From an uncultured Christensenellaceae bacterium (GTDB lineage Bacteria > Bacillota > Clostridia > Christensenellales > UBA3700), in the NCBI GenBank assembly GCA_944380295.1, contig CALWHE010000006.1, positions 11,670-75,669 on the forward strand: a stretch of DNA of 64,000 nt. The letters are read 5' to 3'. Both the position numbers and the translations under genes were made by a program. The notes beneath the pieces are model-generated. The model saw only the letters and a program-made list of their open reading frames with translations. It was not told where the DNA came from and did no database searches. Positions 35,454 to 45,109 of the stretch are shown piece by piece (position 1 is the first letter of the stretch; each line of letters begins with the position of its first letter).

Positions 35454-36062
35454 CTACCGCGCGCCGCCGGATATTTTTGTCACCGCCACGCCCTCTTCCC
35501 AATATATGCGTGTTTCAAAGGGCGGCTCGCTGATGTGCCGCACAAATCTGCGCATGTTGAGCACAATGGTGCGGTGCTTGTGCGGGGGCAAAAAATCGCC
35601 GCGCACCAAGCCCAGATAATTTATGTCGTCCGTGACGATAATGCCCCCTTTTTCAAGGTGCGGCAAAATTGCCTCAAACAGCTCTCCGCACGCGCTCTTG
35701 GGACCGTCCAAAAACACCAAGCCGTATTTTTTGCCTGCCATGATCTGCGGCAGAATGAGCCGCACGTCCCCGCAAAAAGCGCTTATCCGCTCTTCCGTCC
35801 CCAGCCGCCGCCACAGCTTTTGCGCCCGCGCCAGCCGCTCTCCATCGATGTCCGCCGTGTCCACCCGCGCCCGGCAGGCAAGCGCCATGCACGCCGCCGA
35901 ATATCCCACCGCCGTGCCTATCTCCAAAATGCGCTCCGGGTCCGTCTGCCGCGCCAGATCGCACAATAAGTTGCGGCAAAAATGCGAACAGACCGGAATA
36001 AAATCCGCCCTGGCTTGCGCATATGCGCCCGATAATATATCGTTTATCTCCTTGTTTTCCAT
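35454..36062 (-). CDS. Class I SAM-dependent O-methyltransferase (YrrM/TrmR-like)
   Basis: SAM motif I ILEIGTAVGYSA and acidic motif FLDGPK. About 200 aa. Lies upstream of a U32 gene, as in the Bacillus yrrM-yrrN-yrrO cluster. Confidence 0.8.
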   Translation of the reverse strand: MENKEINDILSGAYAQARADFIPVCSHFCRNLLCDLARQTDPERILEIGTAVGYSAACMALACRARVDTADIDGERLARAQKLWRRLGTEERISAFCGDVRLILPQIMAGKKYGLVFLDGPKSACGELFEAILPHLEKGGIIVTDDINYLGLVRGDFLPPHKHRTIVLNMRRFVRHISEPPFETRIYWEEGVAVTKISGGAR

Positions 36063-36069
36063 ATCGCGC

Positions 36070-37030
36070 CGCTCTTATTATAGCAATTCTCCGCGAACAA
36101 GTAAAGGGAGTGCGGGGCGGGCAGCGTGACGCTGCACGCTTTATGTCCTGCGCAAGGGCGCAATGAGCGATAAGCGAAGAAATGCGCCCTTGCTCCGGAC
36201 GTGATATATTTTGCCGTGACAGACATATGAAATAAGCGTAAAAACACCAAACGGCAAAATGCGATATGTCGGCTACGCCGACGCGATATGTCCTGCGCGG
36301 CACGGCAAAGTCAATAAGCAAAAGTGTGCCGTGCCGCTCCGGACGCGATATTTTTGCGCGGATATATGTGAGCGGCAAGCGAACATAACTTCCGCGCAAA
36401 AGCGAAATGTTTTTGCCTTGCAAGGCAAAAACGTGAAATGTGCTCTTAAACCGCTCCGCGACGAAAGAGCACGTGAAATGTTTGCTCATACTGCCACAAA
36501 GCGGCGCATCGCAAACGTGGCGGCTGCCTGCGGCGCTATTAGAGTATAATACTGCACCCCTAATAAAGTGTAATAAAGCGCAGCAAAATCGCACTTTTGC
36601 CAAGCGTCACCTCTAAAATGCGCCGTGCGCATTTTCCGAATGAGCGGAGCGCGCGGAGCGGCAGCGTGACGCTGCACCCTGATAAATATAATATACCGCC
36701 GTCCAAAACCGCGCTTTTGGACGAGCGCACCTTGGGCAAGGCGACTGCCTTGCGCGCCGCTTCGCGGCGGCGGAAAGAGTGAATTTTTGCGGTAAGACCA
36801 AGCGCGATACGAGATTACGCCGCCCGCAAAAAGAGAGAAAACCGCGGCTCAAGCAACCGATTTCACGGCAAAGTGGCGGAGGCAGCGTGATGCTGCACCA
36901 CAATTAAAAGTATATTGGGAATGATAATATCGATTGCGAATGCCGGGGTTGTCTTTCGAGAAGCGAAAGAGGAAAAGGCAGTTCCCGTTTGTAACGGGAA
37001 AAGCCTTATCCTTTTTCTCTTTCGCTTATT
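36070..37030 (-). repeat. Mosaic repeat region between rnj and the methyltransferase gene
   Basis: Degenerate cassette at 36141..36560, with heptamer variants GTGATAT, GCGATAT and GCGAAAT as well as GTGAAAT at 36433 and 36473. Module G at about 36690..36765. Module L at about 36560..37030 with its terminator hairpin next to the rnj stop. Confidence 0.9.
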
Positions 37031-37032
37031 TC

Positions 37033-39015
37033 TTATACTTCGATTATTATCGGCAATATCATCGGCTTCTGCCTGTTCATATCAAAATATCTGGTCAGCG
37101 TGCGCTTTAATTTGCGTTTGCAGTTCGCCCTGTCGTCGGCGGACTTGTAATCGCGTTCGTCCAGCACGTTTGCCACCAGCCCGCGCACCGCATCTATCTC
37201 CGCCTCTTCCAGCTGCATGCCGCGCGTTATCACTTCCGCGGGCGCCACCGCCTTGCCTTCCGCCAGCGCCACCGTGACCAGCACCATGACGATGCCGTTA
37301 TTGCTCAACTGGCGGCGGTCGCGCAAGGTGACGTTATCCACGTCCGTCAAGCCGTCCACATACACGTTGCCCGCCTCCACCCGCTCTTCCGCTTTGAGGG
37401 AGTGGCGGTGCAGCACAAAGCGCGAACCTATCTCCGCAATGGCTATGGCGGAAGGCTTCATGCCCAAAGACACCGCCAAAGCCTCGTGCTGGCGCAGGTG
37501 GCGGTATTCCCCGTGTACGGGAATGAAAAATTCCGGTTTGATCAAAGAAAGCATGAGTTTGAGTTCGTCCTGGCAGGCGTGACCGGACACGTGCAGCGCT
37601 TCCAAAGAGCCGTAAAGCACGCCGGCGCCGCGGCGATAAAGGTTGTTTATCACCGTATACACCAATTTTTCGTTGCCGGGAATGGGATTTGAAGAGATAA
37701 CGACCAGATCGTGCGCGCCCACTTCTATCTTGTCTTCCCCCGCCGCCATGCGCGTGAGAGCGCTCATCGGCTCGCCCTGCGAACCGGTGGTTATCAGGCA
37801 TTGTTTGGCATAATGGTGCTTGTGCATCTCTTCCGGCTCTATGACGGTGCCGTCTTTGACTTTGAGCAAGCCCAGCTCGCGCGCCATGCCGGAGATGTTC
37901 ACCATGCTCCTGCCGTTGAAAACTATCTTGCGCCCGCACTTTTCGCAGATGTCCACGATCTGCTGCAAGCGGTTGACGTTGGAGGCAAAAGTGGCGATGA
38001 TGATGCGCTTGTCCTCATGCATGGCAAAAATGCGTTCCAGCGTTTCTCCCACCTTGCGTTCGGAAATGGTGGTGCCGGGCTTTTCCACGTTTGTGCTCTC
38101 CCCCAGCATCAGGCGCACGCCCTCTTTGCCTATCTGCGCGATGCGGGTGAGATCCATCACCTGCCCGCCCACGGGCGTATAGTCGATTTTATAGTCCCCC
38201 GTGTGGAAAACGCTGCCCACGGGCGTGCTTATGCTCAGCGCGAACGCACCGGAAATGCTGTGGCTGACGCGGATGAACTCCACGGAAAAACAGCCCGCGC
38301 GCACCACATCTCCGCCTTCGACCTTGACAAGGCGGGGCGAATTTATGCCGCGCTCTTCCAGCTTGTGCGAGATGAGCGCGCAGGAAAGATCGCTGGCGTA
38401 TATCCTCAGCTGAGGCAGCTTTTCCGCCAGATACGGCACCGCGCCGATGTGGTCTTCATGCCCGTGCGTGATGAACAAGCCGCGCACCTTGTCAGCGTTT
38501 TCCTCTATATAAGAAAAATCGGGAATGATCAGATCCACGCCCGGCGTATCCGTGGTGGGAAAGGAAGAGCCGCAGTCTATGATGACGATGTCGTTGCCAA
38601 AGCGCAGCGCGGTCATGTTTTTGCCAATCTCGCCCACGCCGCCCAAAAAGATGACTTCCAGCCCTTTTTTGCCGCCCTTGCCCGCGATCGAAGCGCCGCC
38701 CTCTATGGGCACGCCGTGCCGCTTGGGCACGGGTTTTGCCTGAACGCCCTTGTCCGCAGCCACCCTAACAGTGCTGTTTTTCTTTGCAGGGGATCGTCCC
38801 GCTTGATCGCCGCGCCCTTTTGCCGCATTTGCGCCGCGCCCCTTGCCCGCCGCCTTTGCGGGAGCGCCCTTGGCGCCCTGTCCCGCCTTGTCAGCGAAGC
38901 GGGACTGCTTTTGCCCGCTCTTTGCGCCCGGTTGCGCCGCACGCGCCTTTTTGTTCTCTTTGCTCTTGGGCGCGCCCTTTGCCGCCGCCGCTTTATTTTT
39001 TACTTTTTCCGCCAC
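37033..39015 (-). CDS. rnj: Ribonuclease J with a Lys/Ala/Gly-rich N-terminal extension of about 128 aa
   Basis: Metallo-beta-lactamase HGHEDHIG, beta-CASP and C-terminal domains. GTG start at 39015 with a GGAGA RBS. Confidence 0.93.
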   Translation of the reverse strand: MAEKVKNKAAAAKGAPKSKENKKARAAQPGAKSGQKQSRFADKAGQGAKGAPAKAAGKGRGANAAKGRGDQAGRSPAKKNSTVRVAADKGVQAKPVPKRHGVPIEGGASIAGKGGKKGLEVIFLGGVGEIGKNMTALRFGNDIVIIDCGSSFPTTDTPGVDLIIPDFSYIEENADKVRGLFITHGHEDHIGAVPYLAEKLPQLRIYASDLSCALISHKLEERGINSPRLVKVEGGDVVRAGCFSVEFIRVSHSISGAFALSISTPVGSVFHTGDYKIDYTPVGGQVMDLTRIAQIGKEGVRLMLGESTNVEKPGTTISERKVGETLERIFAMHEDKRIIIATFASNVNRLQQIVDICEKCGRKIVFNGRSMVNISGMARELGLLKVKDGTVIEPEEMHKHHYAKQCLITTGSQGEPMSALTRMAAGEDKIEVGAHDLVVISSNPIPGNEKLVYTVINNLYRRGAGVLYGSLEALHVSGHACQDELKLMLSLIKPEFFIPVHGEYRHLRQHEALAVSLGMKPSAIAIAEIGSRFVLHRHSLKAEERVEAGNVYVDGLTDVDNVTLRDRRQLSNNGIVMVLVTVALAEGKAVAPAEVITRGMQLEEAEIDAVRGLVANVLDERDYKSADDRANCKRKLKRTLTRYFDMNRQKPMILPIIIEV

Positions 39016-39303
39016 TATGTTCTCCGTAACTTCTTTTGCGCCCGCGCACTTCGCGCAGCGCCTCGCATACTTGAAATATTATAACAAACCGCGCGCAAAA
39101 TATCAAGCGTTGCGCGCCGCGGCGCAAAAGAGGCGGACAATAAGGATAAAAAAGGCGGTTTTTCGACAAAAAGTGCACAAAACAAACATATAAGCGCTTT
39201 ATCTTTTACGCCCATACGTTATGAAAATTTTCGCGTTATATGCCTCTCGTGCGTTGAAAGTGCAATAAAAATACATAGTTACGCTCGCCGCAAGCGGCGC
39301 GGA

Positions 39304-39474
39304 GCGCAAATCACGAACCGCCCGTGCATTGCAAAGCGTAAGCTCAAAACGCTGCCAAACGGCGGGATCTTTTGCCATGCGGAATAAAAGCGCAGATCAT
39401 AAACCGCCTGCGACATTGCAAAGCGTAAGCCGCAAGTGCTGCCGGCGACAGTATCTTTTATAATGCGGAATGCT
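39304..39474. repeat. Direct repeat, about 86 bp x 2, upstream of rnj
   Basis: gcgca.atca..aaccgcc.g.g.cattgcaaagcgtaagc...gctgcc....atctttt...atgcggaat occurs twice, at 39304..39389 and 39390..39474. Confidence 0.75.
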
Positions 39475-39489
39475 GCGGAGCGGATCGAC

Positions 39490-40233
39490 TTATGCGTTCA
39501 AGCCGAACAACTCCGGGCGGCGGGCGGCATGCATGTTGGCGCGGTAATAACTCGTCAACGTCCCTATGTCCGACCAATAGCAATTTGTTTGATAAAGGTT
39601 TATCCTGTTGACGATGGCGGGAAAAACGTCGCGGGAAAAATCGCTCACACCGGGCGGGATAAAGTCCAATATTCTTTTTTCCATCACGTATATGCCCATA
39701 TTGACGATGCCGGTTTTATATATCTGCGGCTTTTCCCTGAAAGCGCGCACGCCGCCCCTGCCGTCCGGCTCCACCTCGCCCATGCCGCTCGGGTCTTTCA
39801 CCTTTTTCACCGCCATGGTGCACAATGCCGGGCGCCGCGCGTGACTGCGCAGCATGTCCCCTATGTTCAAAGAGGTGAGCGCGTCCCCGCTCATCACCAC
39901 GCATGTGCCCTTGATGAATTTTTCCGCCGCCTTCACGCCGCCCGCCGTGCCCAGCGGAGTTTTTTCCACAAAATATGTGATGTGCGCGCCCAGCCTGCGC
40001 CCGTTGCCGAAGTAGGACACGATGCGCTCGGGCATATATCCCAGCGTCATGGCGATGTCCGTCACGCCCGCGCGCACCAGCGAACTTACTATCAGTTGCA
40101 GCACGGGTTTGTCCAAAATGGGCACCATGGGTTTGGGCATGCTGCCCGTGAGCGGTAGCAGCCGCGTGCCTTTGCCGCCCGCCATGATTATTGCCTGCGC
40201 CGGCACTTGTTCGGCGTTTTTTATCATTTCCAT
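39490..40233 (-). CDS. Sugar-1-phosphate nucleotidyltransferase (NTP_transferase family)
   Basis: IIMAGGKGTRLLPLT..PKPMVPI signature, 247 aa with no C-terminal extension. Confidence 0.85.
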   Translation of the reverse strand: MEMIKNAEQVPAQAIIMAGGKGTRLLPLTGSMPKPMVPILDKPVLQLIVSSLVRAGVTDIAMTLGYMPERIVSYFGNGRRLGAHITYFVEKTPLGTAGGVKAAEKFIKGTCVVMSGDALTSLNIGDMLRSHARRPALCTMAVKKVKDPSGMGEVEPDGRGGVRAFREKPQIYKTGIVNMGIYVMEKRILDFIPPGVSDFSRDVFPAIVNRINLYQTNCYWSDIGTLTSYYRANMHAARRPELFGLNA

Positions 40234-40476
40234 ATCGCCAGTATGCGCATGGGCGCGTAAATTATTCCCAGCGCAGCTTTTCCGCCGCCGTGACGATCAC
40301 CGCGTCCGCGCTTTCCCGGCGCGTTTACTGTTTGCGTATCGTCTCCGCGGCGCAAATTGCCGTCAAAAAGCCGAACGCCGAGGCATAAGCAAAATTTTAT
40401 CCGAATGCGCTTATCCCTTGCTTTTATCGGCGCAAAGTATTATAATGATATCACAACATCAACTTGGAGAAAGAAC

Positions 40477-41544
40477 ATGAGAGTTTATAACTTTTCTGCC
40501 GGACCTTCCATGCTGCCCATGGAAGTATTAAAAGAGGCCCAGGCGGATTTTGTGGATTATCAGGGCTGCGGCATGTCCGTGACCGAGATGAGCCACCGCA
40601 GCAAGCAATTCGACGCCATCCACAATGAGTGCATCTCTCTGATACGCGAACTGATGGGCGTGCCGGATAATTACGAAGTGCTGCTTTTGCAGGGCGGCGC
40701 CTCCACGCAATTTGCCGCCATCCCCATGAACCTGATGACGAGCGGCAAAGCCGATTACGTGGTCACGGGCAACTTTGCCAAAAAGGCGATGCAAGAGGCA
40801 CGCAAATACGGCGACATTCACATTGCAGGCTCCTCGGAAGAGGCGAAATACACATATATCCCCAAAACCTTGGACATTCGTGACGACGCGGACTATCTCT
40901 ACATCTGCCAGAACAACACCATTTTCGGCACGCGTTTCACCAAACTGCCCGAGTGCAAAATGCCGCTGGTGGCGGACGTTTCCTCCAACATTTTGAGCGA
41001 AGAGATGGACGTGAGCAAATACGGCGTGATGTATGCCGGCGCGCAGAAGAACCTGGCTCCCGCCGGTCTGACCATTGTGATCGTGCGCAAAGACTTGATC
41101 AAGGAGCCGATGGCTTTCTGCCCCACCATGCTCAGCTGGAAGGTGATGGCGGAGAACAACAGTCTTTACAACACGCCCCCTTGCTTTGCCATCTACATGG
41201 CGATGCTCAACCTGCGCCACCTCAAAAAACTGGGCGGCGTGAAGGAAATGCAGAAGATAAACGAGCGCAAAGCCGCGCTTTTGTATGATTACATAGACTC
41301 TTCCTCTTTCTATGTCAACCGCGTGAACAAGGAAGACCGCTCTTTGATGAACGTGCCTTTCAACACGCCGAACGCGGATCTGGACGCGGCGTTTGTCAAG
41401 GAGGCGGGCGCAAACGGCTTTGTGTCCATCAAGGGTCACAGGCTGGTGGGCGGCATGCGCGCTTCCATATACAACGCCATGCCCGTGGAAGGCATAACTT
41501 CCCTGATAGAATTCATGAAGGAATTTGAAAGAAAGAACGGCTGA
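40477..41544 (+). CDS. serC: Phosphoserine aminotransferase
   Basis: NFSAGPSMLP N-terminus, full-length SerC pattern, GGAGA RBS, TATAAT at 40441. Confidence 0.95.
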   Translation: MRVYNFSAGPSMLPMEVLKEAQADFVDYQGCGMSVTEMSHRSKQFDAIHNECISLIRELMGVPDNYEVLLLQGGASTQFAAIPMNLMTSGKADYVVTGNFAKKAMQEARKYGDIHIAGSSEEAKYTYIPKTLDIRDDADYLYICQNNTIFGTRFTKLPECKMPLVADVSSNILSEEMDVSKYGVMYAGAQKNLAPAGLTIVIVRKDLIKEPMAFCPTMLSWKVMAENNSLYNTPPCFAIYMAMLNLRHLKKLGGVKEMQKINERKAALLYDYIDSSSFYVNRVNKEDRSLMNVPFNTPNADLDAAFVKEAGANGFVSIKGHRLVGGMRASIYNAMPVEGITSLIEFMKEFERKNG

Positions 41545-41552
41545 GGTAAACG

Positions 41553-42677
41553 ATGGACATTCTCAAATTAAACGCCATATCCCCGCTGGTGGGCGAAATA
41601 CTCACCTCGGACGACTATAACATCACCGAAGATGCCGCGGCTCCCGTTGCCGTTTTGGTGCGCAGCGCCAACATGCACGAAATGCAGCTGCCCGAAAGCG
41701 TGCTTGCCGTGGCAAGAGCGGGCGCGGGCGTGAACAACATCCCCCTGGACGAGCTTGCCAAAAAGGGCGTGTGCGTGTTCAACACCCCCGGCGCCAATGC
41801 CAACGCGGTCAAAGAATTGGTGATCTGCGCGCTGCTGCTTGCCTCGCGCAAGATAGTGCGCGGCATAAACTGGGTGCAAACGCTCACGGAAGAAGACGCC
41901 GCCAAAGCGGTGGAAAAAGGCAAAAAAGCATTCGTAGGGCGTGAGATAACCGGCAAAACGCTGGGCATCGTGGGCTTGGGCGCCATCGGCAGACTGGTTG
42001 CCGGCGCGGCGCTTGCCCTGGGCATGAACGTGATAGGATACGATCCTTATCTCTCTCCCGCGCTGGCGGAAAAGCTGGACAGCCGCGTCAAAACGGTTTC
42101 CGACCTCGACGCGCTTTTCGCCGCCGCCGATTACATCACCCTGCACGTGCCTTCCACTCCGCAGACCAAGGGCTGCATAAACAAAGATTCCATCGCCAAG
42201 ATGAAAGACGGCGCGGTGATCGTCAACTGCGCGCGCGGCGATCTGTTTGTGGACGAAGACGTGATAGCGGCGGTCAAGTCGGGCAAGATAGACCGCGTGG
42301 TCACCGACCTGCCCAACAACAAACTTTTGGGCATAGACGGGATCATCACCATTCCGCACTTGGGTGCTTCCACGCCGGAAGCGGAAGACAATTGCGCGGT
42401 GATGGCGGCAAAGGAACTCAAAGATTACATAGAGCAAGGCATAGTGGTCAACTCCGTCAACTTCCCCTGCCTGGATCCCGGCGCCAAGCCGGCGGGCAAA
42501 ATAAGGGTGACGGCGTTGCTCAAAGCGGACGCGCTCCCTGCCGCGCTCAAAGCCGTGAGCGGCGAGGTCAAAACCGCCACCCGCGGCGAATATGCTTATC
42601 TGGTGGCGGACGGCGACACAGACAGCCTTGCCGAACTGGAAAAAGTAAAGGGCGTTATCAAAGCAAGACGCATTTGA
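41553..42677 (+). CDS. serA: D-3-phosphoglycerate dehydrogenase (short form)
   Basis: 2-hydroxyacid dehydrogenase fold, NAD site GIVGLGAIG, catalytic R/E/H context (NCARG, PHLGAST). Adjacent to serC. Confidence 0.88.
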   Translation: MDILKLNAISPLVGEILTSDDYNITEDAAAPVAVLVRSANMHEMQLPESVLAVARAGAGVNNIPLDELAKKGVCVFNTPGANANAVKELVICALLLASRKIVRGINWVQTLTEEDAAKAVEKGKKAFVGREITGKTLGIVGLGAIGRLVAGAALALGMNVIGYDPYLSPALAEKLDSRVKTVSDLDALFAAADYITLHVPSTPQTKGCINKDSIAKMKDGAVIVNCARGDLFVDEDVIAAVKSGKIDRVVTDLPNNKLLGIDGIITIPHLGASTPEAEDNCAVMAAKELKDYIEQGIVVNSVNFPCLDPGAKPAGKIRVTALLKADALPAALKAVSGEVKTATRGEYAYLVADGDTDSLAELEKVKGVIKARRI

Positions 42678-42892
42678 CGCCGCCCCGTTACCGGAGCATG
42701 CCCCGTGCGGCTGCCGCCGGTAATTTGAAGGGAGAGATACTCATTTCTCTCCTAAAAGGCGGAAAGATACCCGAGGTATCGCCGCCGACACACCACTGCG
42801 TCCCCTGCGGGACGCCACCAACACAGCCCAACATGCTGGATTCCCTTTTTTGTATCTATTTTCTTTTCTTAATATCCAGCAATGTTTGGGGG

Positions 42893-42924
42893 AGGCGCGA
42901 GGATCCCGCGCCTTCTTTTTTTTG
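42893..42924 (+). terminator. Rho-independent terminator downstream of serA
   Basis: AGGCGCG n7 CGCGCCT followed by TCTTTTTTTT. Confidence 0.7.
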
Positions 42925-42989
42925 CACAAAACCGCCGCCCGTGCCGTTACAACCGCCTCTCTGTAAATGATCGAGCGTTTTCCGCCGTA

Positions 42990-43262
42990 TCGGAAGCGCG
43001 GCTGACGTTGTTTCAAGCGCGCGACCGGGCGTTGTTTCAAGCGCGCGGCTGGCGTTGTTTCCAAACGCACGGCAACCGGAAGCGCGGGCATTGCTTTCAA
43101 ACACACGGCAACCGGAAGCGCGGGCGTTGCTTCAAGCGCGCGGCGATCGAAATCGCGGGCGTTGTTTCAAGCGCGCGGCGATCGAAAGCGCGGGCGTTGC
43201 TTTCAAGCGCACGGCAACCGGAAGCGCGGGCATTGCTTTCAAACGCACGGCAAAGAGCGCAA
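42990..43262. repeat. Degenerate tandem repeat, 27-40 bp units, about 7-8 copies
   Basis: Recurring gcg(t/a)tg(t/c)tt(t)caa(g/a)cgc(g/a)cgg[cgatcgaaa / caaccggaa]gcgcggg. Confidence 0.85.
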
Positions 43263-43298
43263 AAAAAATCCCCCGCTTGCGCGGGGGACCTTTCTTTT
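43261..43298. terminator. Bidirectional terminator (pckG on minus, serA side on plus)
   Basis: A8, TCCCCCGC ttgc GCGGGGGA, then a T-rich run. Lies 12 nt from the pckG stop. Confidence 0.85.
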
Positions 43299-43309
43299 GC
43301 TTGTGAAAA

Positions 43310-45097
43310 TTACTTTTTGAGGTTTTCTTCCAAAGCCTTTTCCATGTCGGCAAGCTCTTTGGGCAGCGTGCCGTCTTTATCGAACTTGGAGTAGAACGCC
43401 TTGATGCCTTCGCAATCTTCCAGCCAAGCCTGCTTGTCGATGGAGAGCAGATCCTTGATGGTGTCGATGGTGACGTCGTCCAGACCTTCGATGTTGATGT
43501 CTTCGGGCTTGGGCACATAGCCGATGGGGGTCTCCACCGCTTCCGCTTCGCCGTCTATCCTCTTGAGCATCCAGTCGAGCACGCGCAGGTTGTCGCCGAA
43601 GCCGGGCCAGATGAAGTGACCGTTTTCGTCCGTTCTGAACCAGTTGACGTTGAAGAACTTAGGCTGCTTGGAAGGCTCGACCGTCTTGCCGATGTCCAGC
43701 CAATGCTGGAAATAGTCGCCCATGTTGTAACCGCAGAAAGGCAGCATAGCCATAGGATCGCGGCGCACGACGCCCACGGCGCCGGAAGCGGCAGCGGTGG
43801 TCTCGGAAGCCATGATGGAGCCTACGAACACGCCGTTATCCCAATTCTTTGCCTCGTAAACGAGCGGAGCGGTCTTGGCTCTGCGTCCGCCGAAGATGAA
43901 AGCGCTGATCGGCACAGGCTCGCCGGTGAAGAATTTCTCGGAAATGCAGGGGCAGTTTTCCGCGGGAGCGGTGAAACGGCTGTTGGGATGAGCGCCCTTC
44001 TCCGTGGAAGTGGTGCCGTCCCAAGGATTGCCTTTCCAGTCGATGGCGTTCTTGGGCGGATTTTTATCCAGACCTTCCCACCACACGGTGCCGGTATCCT
44101 TGTTGTAAGCCACGTTGGTGAAGATGGTGTTCTTCTTGGTGGAAGCCAGCGCGTTGGGGTTGGACTTTTCGTTGGTGCCGGGAGCCACGCCGAAGAAGCC
44201 GTTCTCCGGGTTGATGGCGTAAAGTCTGCCGTCTTCGCCCTTCTTGATCCAAGCGATGTCGTCGCCCACCGTCCAGACCTTGTAGCCCTTCTTCTTGTAA
44301 ACTTCCGGGGGCACGAGCATGGCGAGGTTGGTCTTGCCGCAAGCGGACGGGAAAGCAGCCGCCATGTAAACGGTGTCTTTGCCGGGACGCTCGATGCCCA
44401 AAATGAGCATGTGCTCCGCCTGCCAGCCTTCGTTACGGCCCTGGTAAGAAGCTATGCGCAGAGCAAAGCACTTCTTGCCCAAGAGCACGTTGCCGCCGTA
44501 ACCGGAGTTGACGGATATGATGGCGTTGTCTTCCGGGAACTGGCAGATATATCTCTTTTCCGCGTCTATCTGGCATTTTGCGTGAGTGCCGCGCACAAAG
44601 TCGTTGGAATCGCCGAGCGCGTCGAGCACGTTTTTACCCACGCGGGTCATGATACGCATGTTGAGCACCACGTAAATGGAGTCGGTGGTTTCGATGCCTA
44701 TCTTGGAGATGGGACCGCCCACGGGACCCATGGAGTAAGGAATGACATACATCGTCCTGCCCTCGTAAGCGCCGTCCAAGATGGCGTTTAGCATGGGATA
44801 AGCCTCCTTGGGATCCATCCAGTTGTTGGTGGGGCCGGCTTCTTTTTCCGTGCGGGCGCAAATAAAGGTGCGTCCTTCCACGCGCGCCACGTCGTTGACG
44901 GCGGTGCGGTGCAGCAGGCAGCCGGGGAGCACTTCCTGATTGAGCTTGATCATCTCGCCGGTGGCAAGAGCCTGCTCGGTCAGCTCTTCATACAGCTTGT
45001 CGCTGCCGTCGATCCAGACAACTTTGTCAGGTCTGCACAGCTTGACCCTGCTTTCGACGAAATCCAAAACTTGCTGGTTGCTTGTCAGATTTGCCAT
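43310..45097 (-). CDS. pckG: Phosphoenolpyruvate carboxykinase (GTP)
   Basis: GTP-PEPCK motifs (GPTNNWMDP, FPSACGKTNLAM, FGGRR). AAGGAG RBS. Confidence 0.95.
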   Translation of the reverse strand: MANLTSNQQVLDFVESRVKLCRPDKVVWIDGSDKLYEELTEQALATGEMIKLNQEVLPGCLLHRTAVNDVARVEGRTFICARTEKEAGPTNNWMDPKEAYPMLNAILDGAYEGRTMYVIPYSMGPVGGPISKIGIETTDSIYVVLNMRIMTRVGKNVLDALGDSNDFVRGTHAKCQIDAEKRYICQFPEDNAIISVNSGYGGNVLLGKKCFALRIASYQGRNEGWQAEHMLILGIERPGKDTVYMAAAFPSACGKTNLAMLVPPEVYKKKGYKVWTVGDDIAWIKKGEDGRLYAINPENGFFGVAPGTNEKSNPNALASTKKNTIFTNVAYNKDTGTVWWEGLDKNPPKNAIDWKGNPWDGTTSTEKGAHPNSRFTAPAENCPCISEKFFTGEPVPISAFIFGGRRAKTAPLVYEAKNWDNGVFVGSIMASETTAAASGAVGVVRRDPMAMLPFCGYNMGDYFQHWLDIGKTVEPSKQPKFFNVNWFRTDENGHFIWPGFGDNLRVLDWMLKRIDGEAEAVETPIGYVPKPEDINIEGLDDVTIDTIKDLLSIDKQAWLEDCEGIKAFYSKFDKDGTLPKELADMEKALEENLKK

Positions 45098-45109
45098 AGT
45101 ATATTCTCC

